A stretch of 64,000 nt of DNA from Promethearchaeota archaeon (GTDB lineage Archaea; Asgardarchaeota; Lokiarchaeia; Sigyniarchaeales; SOKP01): contig JBHLOC010000008.1 in the NCBI GenBank assembly GCA_048940925.1, positions 32,001-96,000 of the forward strand, written 5' to 3'. The position numbers and the translations under genes are program-made. Below are positions 53,301 through 61,501 of this stretch, in pieces. Position 1 is the first letter of the stretch; every line of letters begins with the position of its first letter. Below the pieces are notes generated by a model. It was not told the origin of the DNA and did no database searches. It worked only from the letters and a program-made list of their open reading frames with translations.

Positions 53301-56300
53301 ATCCCAAGTATCTCAAACGAGTGGGTTTTATCTCGGATTGTATTTAATGTTTATGATGTGACTTTTGGAGTGGGCCCTGGAGAAATAAATTTAAACATTA
53401 CTGATGATTTTGGTGTAAGACATGATTTTGATTCAAATTGGGATCATTATTATTATGACCCATTGGCTACTAATGGGAGTTGGAGCAATTTAGAAGTTAT
53501 TTTAAATAAAGGGGAAGTAACTGGCGGTGATACTTTTAATTTTACATTTGATGGAACTTTTGTAGGAGATATAGATATCATTGCTACATCTTATTTTATT
53601 CGGGATAAAATTAATGTTCAATATTCAAAATTCAATGTTACAGATTCCATACCTATTTTAACTGACCTTGAAGGATGGGCAATTCAAAACATAACATTTC
53701 TAATTTATGACTGCTATAATTTTTCTGCAGGAAGTAAAGCAAATTTAGCATCTCTGTCAAATCTCAATATAACTACCAATGAAGGTTATACGTATTCACT
53801 AGACTCTGGCGATATTTTTGGAAATGGAAACCTCACTATAGATGATAGAATAATCTATCCTTTAGATAATCAATTCTTATTTACAATAGAAGCTAATGGA
53901 AATCTAACATTTCATGTAATAATTAAAGTTGAATATATCCAAGAATTTTTACAAAATCAATATATTGAGAAAATTAATATATCAAAAACAGAACACGATT
54001 TTGGTAAAACAGATACTTTTCAAGTCAAGTTTATCGAGAAAAAATGGACTGAGGATTATGCAACCTTAGTATTTAGTGGGATATCCCCATTAGGTGGGCT
54101 CAGTTTACTTCCATCAGAAATAAATATGACTATTACAATAGAAGGTGAAACATATAATATTGAGGACTTAATGGTTGGACAAGGAATCTTTTCTTTGGAA
54201 GGGCTTGAAAAGGATAAAATATTAACAGCCATCATAGACACAAATTTAACGTCTTCTATTATTTTCAATTTGTCTTTCATGATTAAATATTCCAGAATTG
54301 TGACTTATGAAACTAAAGGACAAGTTAATTTTTCTATTATAGAGAAACCTGAAATATTTGGCGGAGTTCAATATAATGAGGATTTGGGATATTATTTACT
54401 GTTTATAAACACATCCTTACTAGATGCTAATGATTATACTATAAGGTTTACTATCACTAAAGAGAATTATAAATTATCAACAAAGGATCTGGAATTATTT
54501 GTATTAGAAAGATTTACTTTACTTAATGGCTCTGCTGACTTCTTTAGAACTTTTGAGCAAATGTATGTTATGGAACCAGTAAACTTCACATTCTACTATA
54601 TAGATGCTTTAACATATCAACCAATTACAGATTTAGACCAAAAAACTTATGTTTGGGAGTATTATGATGATGAGGGGAATGTGATAAAAACAGGACAAGG
54701 TACTCTTTTTACTCAAGGATATTACCATATACTAGACATAGATACGGAAAAATTCAAACTAGGTGAATATTTAATAGTTATTACTTTAAGTAAAGATAAC
54801 TACGAATACAAAACAGGAATAATTACATTAACCGTTTTAGAACGCCCAACCTTGATTAATGGTGAGTCTGTATTATCAGTTATTCAAGAGAATATTTATA
54901 TAGGTGATGCAATCAATTTTACATTTACTTACATAGATGAAATAACAAATATGAATATAAAAAATCTTGCTGTACAATCCTTTATATGGGAAGAATTTAA
55001 TGCCACAGGTGCTTTAATAAACAATGGTACAGGATCGTTGGTATCAAGCCTAAATGATCTATATGTTTTAGATTTTGATACCAAGACAAGAGATCCTAAC
55101 ACTTTCAAATTAGTTATCACATTAGATAAAGAAAATTATACTTTTCAATCAGCTACAATTTTATTAAATATCAACTTGAGAGAATTCAGTTATACTTTGG
55201 GTGATAATTTCAGGAATAACAAAATTAACATTGGTAAAGGAAAAAATGTTGTTATTGAAATTCATCTCATTGATTTAACTCGAAATAATTTTGATTTATT
55301 AGATGCCATAGTCCAGATATCAATTAAAGGCCATGTGTATACATTTCAACAAGTAGAAAATGGGATATATCGTTATGAATTAAGTACAAATAATATCGAT
55401 ACCTTCTTTGCTTCAAAGATACTTACTGGTGTTATAATGATCTCTAAAGAAAATTATGTATCAGAAGAATTTAGCATTACGATTGTTGTTGAAATGGAAG
55501 AGATCTTCTCAGGTATACCTATATTTTACTTTCTATTAGGATTAATTACTAGTATTAGTCTAGCTGGTAGTATTGTTGGATATAGAGTGTATAAAAATGT
55601 TACAACCCCTACATTTGTGAAAAGAGTACGAGCGATGAAAAAGGCAATTGAAGGAGAAAAAGAAATCTCTGAATCTCTATTATATCCCAGTAAGATTGAA
55701 TTTATTGGTCGACGAGTAAAAAGTAAATGGGATAAGCTTGGATTATCTTTAGCTGATATTCTTAGAATTAAAATTGAAAAAGAAACACTAAAAAGAAAAA
55801 TTAGTGAAGATGTTACACGACGTGAGTTTACGCCACTTGGATTATTATTAATGCAATGGGATGAAAAAATGGGTACTAAAGTTTTAGCTAAATACCCCGA
55901 AAATCTTGATGCATCTGAAAAAACCTTAATGCAAATATACGGTACACATGAATACAGTGGAGAAAAAGGAATAATAACTCTAACAGTAGGGATGACAAAT
56001 ATTATTTCATATTATACAGGACCTGAACAAGCATTTTATTTACTGTTATTCCTGAACTTGGATGATGACCCTGATGTTTATGAGGGCGGTATGGCAAATA
56101 TTATTTCAATAATCTTAGAAAATCTTAAAGATGATTCTTATTTACAAATGATCCCTTATCTCTTCCAACGCTTATCTATATATCCATCGCTTAGTGATGA
56201 AGAAATTCTAGCATTGAATTATCAAGATGAAATCAAACGATTGATTATAAACATGTTAAGAGATGATGGAGCAATCATCAAATCAGAATTATCTATATGG

Positions 56301-56924
56301 CTCAGAGAAAAAGCTTTAGAGGGATTTATTGATTTAGATGCTATTCTTCTAGAACTAGCTAAAAAAGATATTATAAAGCAAATTGCTATCAAGGGTATAC
56401 CTTCAGCATTAATTGTTCTTACTACTGATATTTTTATGCTGCGAGTTCCTCCTGTAAAATTATTAGAAGATCCAGTAAACCGTGGTTTACCATCACAATT
56501 TGCCAAAACATATCCTTCAGAAGTTAAGAAATTTTTCCAAGAATATCATCCTACTGAAGAAGATAACCTTAAAATCATAGAACTCTTCATTAATCCCCAA
56601 GTTTATGAAACACTACGTTTACTCAGAACCGCTATTGTTACAAGACAAGACCTCGAAAAGTTAAGTAAAAAAGGGGTGGAAGATATCTACGGTGTTTTAA
56701 AAATACTCTGGGATAATCACATGATTAAAGTATATCAAGATGAAAATGATATAGAATATTACGCGCTCCTTTCCGATTTCTATATGGATCTTTTATTCCC
56801 TAAATATATGTTGGAAACTATTAAAACATCTTATGAGCAAAAATCTAAAACTAATAAAGTACTTATTGAATACCTAAAGGCACTTGAGGATACATATTTT
56901 GAATTAAAGAAACAAGAAAAATAA
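50322..56924 (+). CDS. 2200-aa single-pass surface protein: signal anchor, DUF2341/LamG-like and Ig-like ectodomain, TM helix, cytoplasmic longin/uDENN-like domain
   Basis: N-terminal hydrophobic segment; YYKTITIDHTKV..NFPVLI, GVWHL and DEVRLSN..RSPEWIATEYNNQ; many NxS/T sequons; TM near 55512-55590; ~440-aa cytoplasmic tail. Confidence 0.8.
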   Translation: MTVRKNKSKKRIKSLGILFLTIILPAIISTPLFSIFNEPNQTIEQDNTEKDESREPQFPTPSSNLPNAHYFSYYKTITIDHTKVNGDHSNFPVLISIIDSDLDDKAQFDGDDIAFANSTAWLDHEIELYDPSYSFDEAQLIAWVQIPFLYNSTDTFIFMFYGNSTIGPQEHATGVWDSYYKGVWHLKEDPGGPNDIKDSTSNDKHGTSNSMWMSNQVSGKIDGSLNFDGNYDYISVGDVGPEIKTIEFWMNPDSLASYGDVDNSGPHSPTATGETYDQWNAPTNAYASDDLFANASGYYPDQDYYNFSFNIPADALIQGIEVSIEGMSGTQYQTARCRIRLSGNGGSTYTDYYELSWWSSYYDDYDTAGGSTNTWGKLGGWSPSEFNNANFRVRLEESGQAILLVDHLIVTVYYRIPGDIAVIDLNGNAQISIDKDGGEIKAFGFPGTTNIYINGTMETKVGIGTWYHVVIINTIGVLGSDFVIAGNISVNFDGLFDEVRLSNITRSPEWIATEYNNQYDPDNFYFISEERTSVTDVRVNAFDLYGHIIPNVNISLIQNNIIIRSAIANASGAVMFEGVLSIDYKYNFSVSMTSNIAPYHTIIINRTSEAILIEGESQTINLICNISRNIFNVVDTDGIPLDSGWIIVGNYSDPIQNCTIDQNGQATFRWLNNSAYNYTVWYRDVDYNHENQHKIEVATGDIFKSQYDSEINITTILTTVNFTLFTKNNPQPVDGAKLILGNANLDRSIVNLTTDIDGKATLRWVNSSGINSDYSLQVSFYGKLWDIEIEDLMTGVKKQINFTVKAKAAYNVSIILEPTELEKFETDLISLNPISNIQVEWGSNVTFRALFNVTKVPSGYENLTGPTYAEPMSYKIFEDSTLILSGIIPTEDDYIGRHKKEIRTDELETGIVYIIIITAQKPGYVLPSEDIIMSLYLLENELILNQSENDDSPQSIPWQEFTNMSVKPYGIISEDFSIDYNMYNCNNGTFQFSIPSISNEWVLSRIVFNVYDVTFGVGPGEINLNITDDFGVRHDFDSNWDHYYYDPLATNGSWSNLEVILNKGEVTGGDTFNFTFDGTFVGDIDIIATSYFIRDKINVQYSKFNVTDSIPILTDLEGWAIQNITFLIYDCYNFSAGSKANLASLSNLNITTNEGYTYSLDSGDIFGNGNLTIDDRIIYPLDNQFLFTIEANGNLTFHVIIKVEYIQEFLQNQYIEKINISKTEHDFGKTDTFQVKFIEKKWTEDYATLVFSGISPLGGLSLLPSEINMTITIEGETYNIEDLMVGQGIFSLEGLEKDKILTAIIDTNLTSSIIFNLSFMIKYSRIVTYETKGQVNFSIIEKPEIFGGVQYNEDLGYYLLFINTSLLDANDYTIRFTITKENYKLSTKDLELFVLERFTLLNGSADFFRTFEQMYVMEPVNFTFYYIDALTYQPITDLDQKTYVWEYYDDEGNVIKTGQGTLFTQGYYHILDIDTEKFKLGEYLIVITLSKDNYEYKTGIITLTVLERPTLINGESVLSVIQENIYIGDAINFTFTYIDEITNMNIKNLAVQSFIWEEFNATGALINNGTGSLVSSLNDLYVLDFDTKTRDPNTFKLVITLDKENYTFQSATILLNINLREFSYTLGDNFRNNKINIGKGKNVVIEIHLIDLTRNNFDLLDAIVQISIKGHVYTFQQVENGIYRYELSTNNIDTFFASKILTGVIMISKENYVSEEFSITIVVEMEEIFSGIPIFYFLLGLITSISLAGSIVGYRVYKNVTTPTFVKRVRAMKKAIEGEKEISESLLYPSKIEFIGRRVKSKWDKLGLSLADILRIKIEKETLKRKISEDVTRREFTPLGLLLMQWDEKMGTKVLAKYPENLDASEKTLMQIYGTHEYSGEKGIITLTVGMTNIISYYTGPEQAFYLLLFLNLDDDPDVYEGGMANIISIILENLKDDSYLQMIPYLFQRLSIYPSLSDEEILALNYQDEIKRLIINMLRDDGAIIKSELSIWLREKALEGFIDLDAILLELAKKDIIKQIAIKGIPSALIVLTTDIFMLRVPPVKLLEDPVNRGLPSQFAKTYPSEVKKFFQEYHPTEEDNLKIIELFINPQVYETLRLLRTAIVTRQDLEKLSKKGVEDIYGVLKILWDNHMIKVYQDENDIEYYALLSDFYMDLLFPKYMLETIKTSYEQKSKTNKVLIEYLKALEDTYFELKKQEK

Positions 56925-56986
56925 CAAAAATCTTCTATTCTTTTTATTTTTTTTAAACTTCTTATTTTTTTATTATTGTTTGTTGA

Positions 56987-57066
56987 TAAATCCACACCCG
57001 AGCAGAGTTTTCATCAAATAACTTTCCATAAGAGGTTTTTTTATTTGATTCATTATGATGGATTTA
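56987..57066 (-). promoter_or_regulatory. Eukaryote-like SECIS element
   Basis: Minus strand: helix I TAAATCCA/TGGATTTA, core ATGA...GA, perfect 9-bp helix II ATCAAATAA/TTATTTGAT, apical AAAAA with a CC/GG mini-stem. Starts 5 nt after the TAG at 57072. Confidence 0.8.
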
Positions 57067-57071
57067 CTTTA

Positions 57072-58021
57072 CTAGCAACCATCCGATTGCTGGAGATTGA
57101 TTTTTATAAATGCTTCCTCTTGAAAGTTGCGTTGTTCTGATTTGACAGATCTATTTACTTGATGTAAATGTTTCATAGCGTCATTTTTTCCTTCTTTAAT
57201 GTTTTTAATTAGTTCTTCTTTACTAAATCCGCCAGAAATTACTAATGCTGTTTGAAAGGACTGTTCAGGTTCTAAAGTTTTAAATTCAATCTGTAATGCA
57301 GATAAAATTTCATCAGGGCCCTCATGCAAAGTATTAGAAAGATTCAATCTATTTTGATCGATTTTGAAATCTTTTGTTAAACATGACTCGTAATTTGTCG
57401 ATCTTGAAATGGGTGAAAACCCACCGTATAAACCAGTATCATCATATTGGTAAATTATATCATTTTCCTCATCGTAACCTGAAAGATCATTGTTATAACC
57501 TTCAAGTCCATTTATATCAAAATCAAACACAAAATACATTGAAAAGTCTTTCATGTTATAATCCGAGATATTTTTCATTGTAAAGAACGTGCTGATATAA
57601 GGAACCTGAGGTGGATTGAATATATCCTTATACACACGAATAAATTCCTTTTTTTTCAGATTAATAGCAGGTAACTTTTTTTCTCTAACCAATTTCTTTA
57701 GATATTCTGTAATGTTAAAATCTAAAGTAATTCTGCTTATAACAGTGCCTTTACGGGTGTTAACTAAATTATAAATTGGTGTTGGTTCAATATTTCTTAG
57801 AATCACCGGAATAGTTCCAATTTTTTTTCCTTCTAGCTTAAAGCTAAACCACGGACCAGTAAATTCCTGCTCACTAAGATATATAAGATATTTTCCCTTG
57901 TATGTTAGTTCTTTAATTGAAAACCCCATGACATATCCAGCAGCATTTCTTGTTTCAAATTTTAATTAAAATTGAAGATTCAAGTCGCCAGTACATCATG
58001 CCAGTGAACCTTAAGGACTAT
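57072..58021 (-). CDS. Putative novel selenoprotein, split by a 32-nt BHB intron (exons 58021-57979 and 57946-57072; 305 aa, Sec14)
   Basis: SD AGGAGGT then ATA start gives MVLKVHWHDVLAT-UGA, which joins NAAGYVMGFSIKE... and runs into the 285-aa ORF. 3' SECIS present; C-terminus SDGC. Confidence 0.7.
57947..57978 (-). other. Putative BHB mRNA intron adjacent to the Sec codon (32 nt)
   Basis: CTTG-AA|T-CTTCAATTTT-AATT-AAAATTTGAAA-CAAG-AA|A: perfect 4-bp central helix and two 3-nt bulges. Contains TAA in both the exon-1 and exon-2 frames. Confidence 0.75.
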
Positions 58022-58128
58022 TTTTTTTCTAACCTCCTATGAATTGTTTTAAATTTTTTATTTATATCAGATAATTTACCAATTATTAAAAAGAGATAGG
58101 ATTCATAAAAAAGTTTGTAATGAAAAGA

Positions 58129-59109
58129 TTAAAGAGTTTCTACAACTCTGTAAGCAATATATAAGAATGCATCATTAACATTTTCACCCGTTAAAGCTGA
58201 TGTAAAAATATAATGAAATCCCAATTTTTTAGCAATTTTTTTTATTTCTTCCTCAGTTATAACAATTTCTTCAATTAGATCAGATTTATTTCCAACAATT
58301 ACAATCGGAATATTATATAGGATCGATTTTTTAATTTCATTAAACCATTTTTCGATACTTTTTAAAGGATCGGGACGAGTTCTATCAACTACTATCATGG
58401 CAGCATTAGCACCATTATAAAAATTTGTTCTATTCAAATTTAAATGCTGTTGACCTCCTATATCCCATATAATAAAATTGATTTTGACATTTTCACTTAA
58501 ATTTACTGTTTTTTGGCTAATTTGGACACCTAATGTAGAGATGTAATCTTCTTCAAATCTATTTTCTACAAATCGTCTAACTAACGATGTTTTTCCAACC
58601 TTAAAATTGCCAGTTAGTATTAATTTATTCGAATATTCTCCCTCTAAATTTGGCAGTTGACCTACTCTGGTTTGTGATAATGCTTTTATTATTTCAGGGA
58701 TCTTTGGAGATACATCTTCATTTCCATCCAAAACTAGTTCAATTTTAGAAGCTACATGTTCCGAATATACTTTTAATTCAATATCTGTTGTAGATTGGTC
58801 AGTAACTGTAGTCAATATTGAGTTTGAGCCCTTAGAGCTAAACGCAAACTTCTTATCTCCTGTTGTTGTAATGTTGAAAAAGTGATCTGTTGTTCCAAAT
58901 TCAGCTTTGATTCTGTCAATGTAAGTATCAAGCATAGCAGATAATGCTCCAATTATAGCATCTGACTCTTCTTCATTTTCTAGTGTAGTTTCTGACGCTA
59001 TAATAAAACCATCTCTATCACATATTGCTACTCCTAAAATACCTTCTACTTCATTGAAGTAATATTTTATAATTTCTTTTAGTAGCTTAATATTTGGAAG
59101 CCTTTTCAT
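58129..59109 (-). CDS. Roadblock-Rab-like small GTPase fusion
   Basis: ICDRDGFIIAS roadblock; GNFKVGKTS, STLG, WDIGGQ, NKSD and TSAL. Confidence 0.9.
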   Translation of the reverse strand: MKRLPNIKLLKEIIKYYFNEVEGILGVAICDRDGFIIASETTLENEEESDAIIGALSAMLDTYIDRIKAEFGTTDHFFNITTTGDKKFAFSSKGSNSILTTVTDQSTTDIELKVYSEHVASKIELVLDGNEDVSPKIPEIIKALSQTRVGQLPNLEGEYSNKLILTGNFKVGKTSLVRRFVENRFEEDYISTLGVQISQKTVNLSENVKINFIIWDIGGQQHLNLNRTNFYNGANAAMIVVDRTRPDPLKSIEKWFNEIKKSILYNIPIVIVGNKSDLIEEIVITEEEIKKIAKKLGFHYIFTSALTGENVNDAFLYIAYRVVETL

Positions 59110-59254
59110 AAGTATTTACTCCTCTAATATAAGTTATAAGGAATATAATATCTCTAAATAATAAATATATGTATTCAGATATTATTATAATCATATTTTA
59201 GAAGACATCTCGATACCACACTATTTTTTATTTATTTTTTAGGATTTTTTCCTT

Positions 59255-59422
59255 ATGATAACTAATTCATCATATAAAGATAAGGAATCAGATATTCTGA
59301 AATGTGAGGAAAGTATAGCTAAAATCCTAGATCGTGCAGTAAAGTTATTTAGAAGAACAAATCTTAACGAACTTGCTGAAAAATGGGATAGAATCCTAAA
59401 GACTTATCGGTCCAAAAAGTAA
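59255..59422 (+). CDS. Small hypothetical helical protein or gene remnant (55 aa)
   Basis: MITNSSYKDKESDILKCEESIAKILDRAVKLF..; below the ORF-track cutoff. Confidence 0.35.
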   Translation: MITNSSYKDKESDILKCEESIAKILDRAVKLFRRTNLNELAEKWDRILKTYRSKK

Positions 59423-59438
59423 TAGATTCAAAACTAAA

Positions 59439-60011
59439 TTAGAGAATCTCCTTAGTCGAGGGAATCTCATCTGAAGTTATTTTTTTTGCAATTGCGATTG
59501 CTCTGGCTAAAGCTTTAAAAGCTGCTTCTACTTTATGATGTTGATCTTTTCCATAAAGGACATGAAGATGAAGATTGATTTTTGCTGATTCTGCGAAGGA
59601 ATTAAAAAAATGTTTAACATCATCCACAGCAACATCCTCTATGTCACATTCATTTACATTTAAATCTAATATTAAAGCTTTGCGACCAGAGAAATCTATC
59701 GCACATCTAGCAAGCGCCTCATCCATAGGAATTAAGGCAAATCCATACCGGTTTATTCCCTTTTTGTCACCTAAAGCCTTGAGAAAGCATTCACCAAGTG
59801 TAATTCCAATATCTTCAATAATATGATGAGTTAAATCTCCAGTTGCGTGAACTTTAAGATAACAATTTGAGTGCTTTGCTAATAATTGTAGCATATGATC
59901 CATAAATTTAAAACCAGTTTCAATTTGACTTTTACCTTTACCATCTAAATTTAACTCTGTCATTACTTCTGTTTCAGTAGTCTTTCTTGAAAGCTTAGCC
60001 GTTCTTGCCAT
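59439..60011 (-). CDS. hisB: Imidazoleglycerol-phosphate dehydratase
   Basis: RKTTET, FMDHML, HHIIED, PMDEAL, HHKVEAAFKA and PSTK. Confidence 0.95.
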   Translation of the reverse strand: MARTAKLSRKTTETEVMTELNLDGKGKSQIETGFKFMDHMLQLLAKHSNCYLKVHATGDLTHHIIEDIGITLGECFLKALGDKKGINRYGFALIPMDEALARCAIDFSGRKALILDLNVNECDIEDVAVDDVKHFFNSFAESAKINLHLHVLYGKDQHHKVEAAFKALARAIAIAKKITSDEIPSTKEIL

Positions 60012-60127
60012 TTTAGTTTTACCTATGCAATAATATTTTTCTAAAGATTATAATTTTTAAGAATTTTCAATTAATTAAATATATTTAAAACACATCAAAA
60101 AAAAAGATTATAAGGAATTAATTTGTT

Positions 60128-61501
60128 ATGAAAAAAATTACATTCATAGGAGCGGGATCTATCGAATTTGCCGATAATGTCCTCACTGATATCCTTAATT
60201 TCCCTTCGTTACAAAAAGATACTCTTATCTGTTTAGAAGATATCGATCCAAATCGTTTGGATTTAATGTATCAATACATTAGGAAGATTATTGAAGATAA
60301 TTTTCAAGTTCTTAATGGGGTAGAAGTTGAGAAGACCACTAACCAACGGAAGGCCATTAAAGATGCTAAATATTTAATCAATGCAATACAAGTTGGCCGG
60401 TTAGACGTCATGAAATATGATTTTGAAATCCCCTTAAAATATGGAGTCACTCAATGTGTTAGTGATACATTAGGTCCTGGGGGTATTTTTCGTTTTCTTA
60501 GGACCGTGCCTGCTCTTAAGTCAATCATGGAAGATATTCGAGATGTGGGATATAATTTAGGAAAAAATGGTGATAAGCCGATTTTCTTAAATTATACCAA
60601 TCCAATGGCAATGAATACATGGTATTGTAACACATTAGAGCCCCATTCTACTATAGGTCTTTGTCATGGTGTCCAAGATACAGCTAGAATATTAAAGCGG
60701 GTGATTGGAGTAAAAGAGGAGAATTTTGAATTTTTTTGTGCAGGTATTAATCACATGGCATGGTTTCTTGAAGTATGGTATAGAAAAAGCGAGACTTCTC
60801 CTTGGCAAGACGCCTATCCAGAGATAAATAGCGAAATGAATAATAATCCTAAATACGTTGAAACGGATAAAGTGCGTAAAGACATGTTAAAAGCTTGTGG
60901 ATTTTTTATGACTGAATCCTCAGGTCATCTTAGTGAGTATGTACCCTATTATCGAAAAAGAAAAGATTTATTAGAAAAGTTCAAGGGAAATAAAGGATTA
61001 TATGCACATCTAAAACATGGGTCATATTATGATTTATGTGTTAATAATGAGGGGATGATGGAAAAAGGTCTCGAACAAAGAATAAAAACACCGAATCTAA
61101 AAATGAAAAAAAAACCTACAACAGAATATGCTTCACACATCATAAATGCAATGGAAACTAATAAGCCATTTAGATTCAATGGTAATGTGATTAATAAAGA
61201 TGGTGGCTTAATTACAAATCTACCAAAAGGATGTTGCGTAGAAGTTCCTGTATTTGCAGATTCACATGGATTACATCCACAAGGAGGAATTGATTTACCA
61301 ACAATTTGTCAAGCACTTTGCATGTCAAATATAATGGTACAAAAAGCAGCAGTAGAAGGTGTGCTTGAACTAAACAAAGAAAAAATATATCATGCTATAT
61401 TATTAGATCCCAACACCGCTAGTGTTTGTTCTCCTGGAGAAATTAGGGACATGGTTGAAGAAATGTTTGAAAAAGAAGCTAAATGGCTGCCAAATTTTTA
61501 A
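60128..61501 (+). CDS. GH4 alpha-galactosidase/alpha-glucosidase
   Basis: ITFIGAGS, DTLGPGG, NYTNP, GLCHG, AGINH and TESSGHLSEY. Confidence 0.92.
   Translation: MKKITFIGAGSIEFADNVLTDILNFPSLQKDTLICLEDIDPNRLDLMYQYIRKIIEDNFQVLNGVEVEKTTNQRKAIKDAKYLINAIQVGRLDVMKYDFEIPLKYGVTQCVSDTLGPGGIFRFLRTVPALKSIMEDIRDVGYNLGKNGDKPIFLNYTNPMAMNTWYCNTLEPHSTIGLCHGVQDTARILKRVIGVKEENFEFFCAGINHMAWFLEVWYRKSETSPWQDAYPEINSEMNNNPKYVETDKVRKDMLKACGFFMTESSGHLSEYVPYYRKRKDLLEKFKGNKGLYAHLKHGSYYDLCVNNEGMMEKGLEQRIKTPNLKMKKKPTTEYASHIINAMETNKPFRFNGNVINKDGGLITNLPKGCCVEVPVFADSHGLHPQGGIDLPTICQALCMSNIMVQKAAVEGVLELNKEKIYHAILLDPNTASVCSPGEIRDMVEEMFEKEAKWLPNF

Noticed and set aside
57966-58013. Alternative upstream frames for the 57072 gene (GSLA-UGA-CTGDL; MMYWRLE)
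   Set aside because: The first is bounded by TAA on both sides with no canonical start. The second needs a non-canonical cut, has no nearby SD and leaves the SECIS unexplained.
1322-59826. Short antisense or overlapping ORFs in the ORF track (e.g. 1322-1570, 9775-10095, 31286-31606, 34025-34342, 56222-56506)
   Set aside because: They shadow well-supported genes and have no recognisable motifs.
60551-60596. Long hairpin inside the GH4 gene near a short protein insertion
   Set aside because: The stem includes codons of the conserved LNYTNP motif and lacks BHB geometry; the frame is intact, so it is not an intron.
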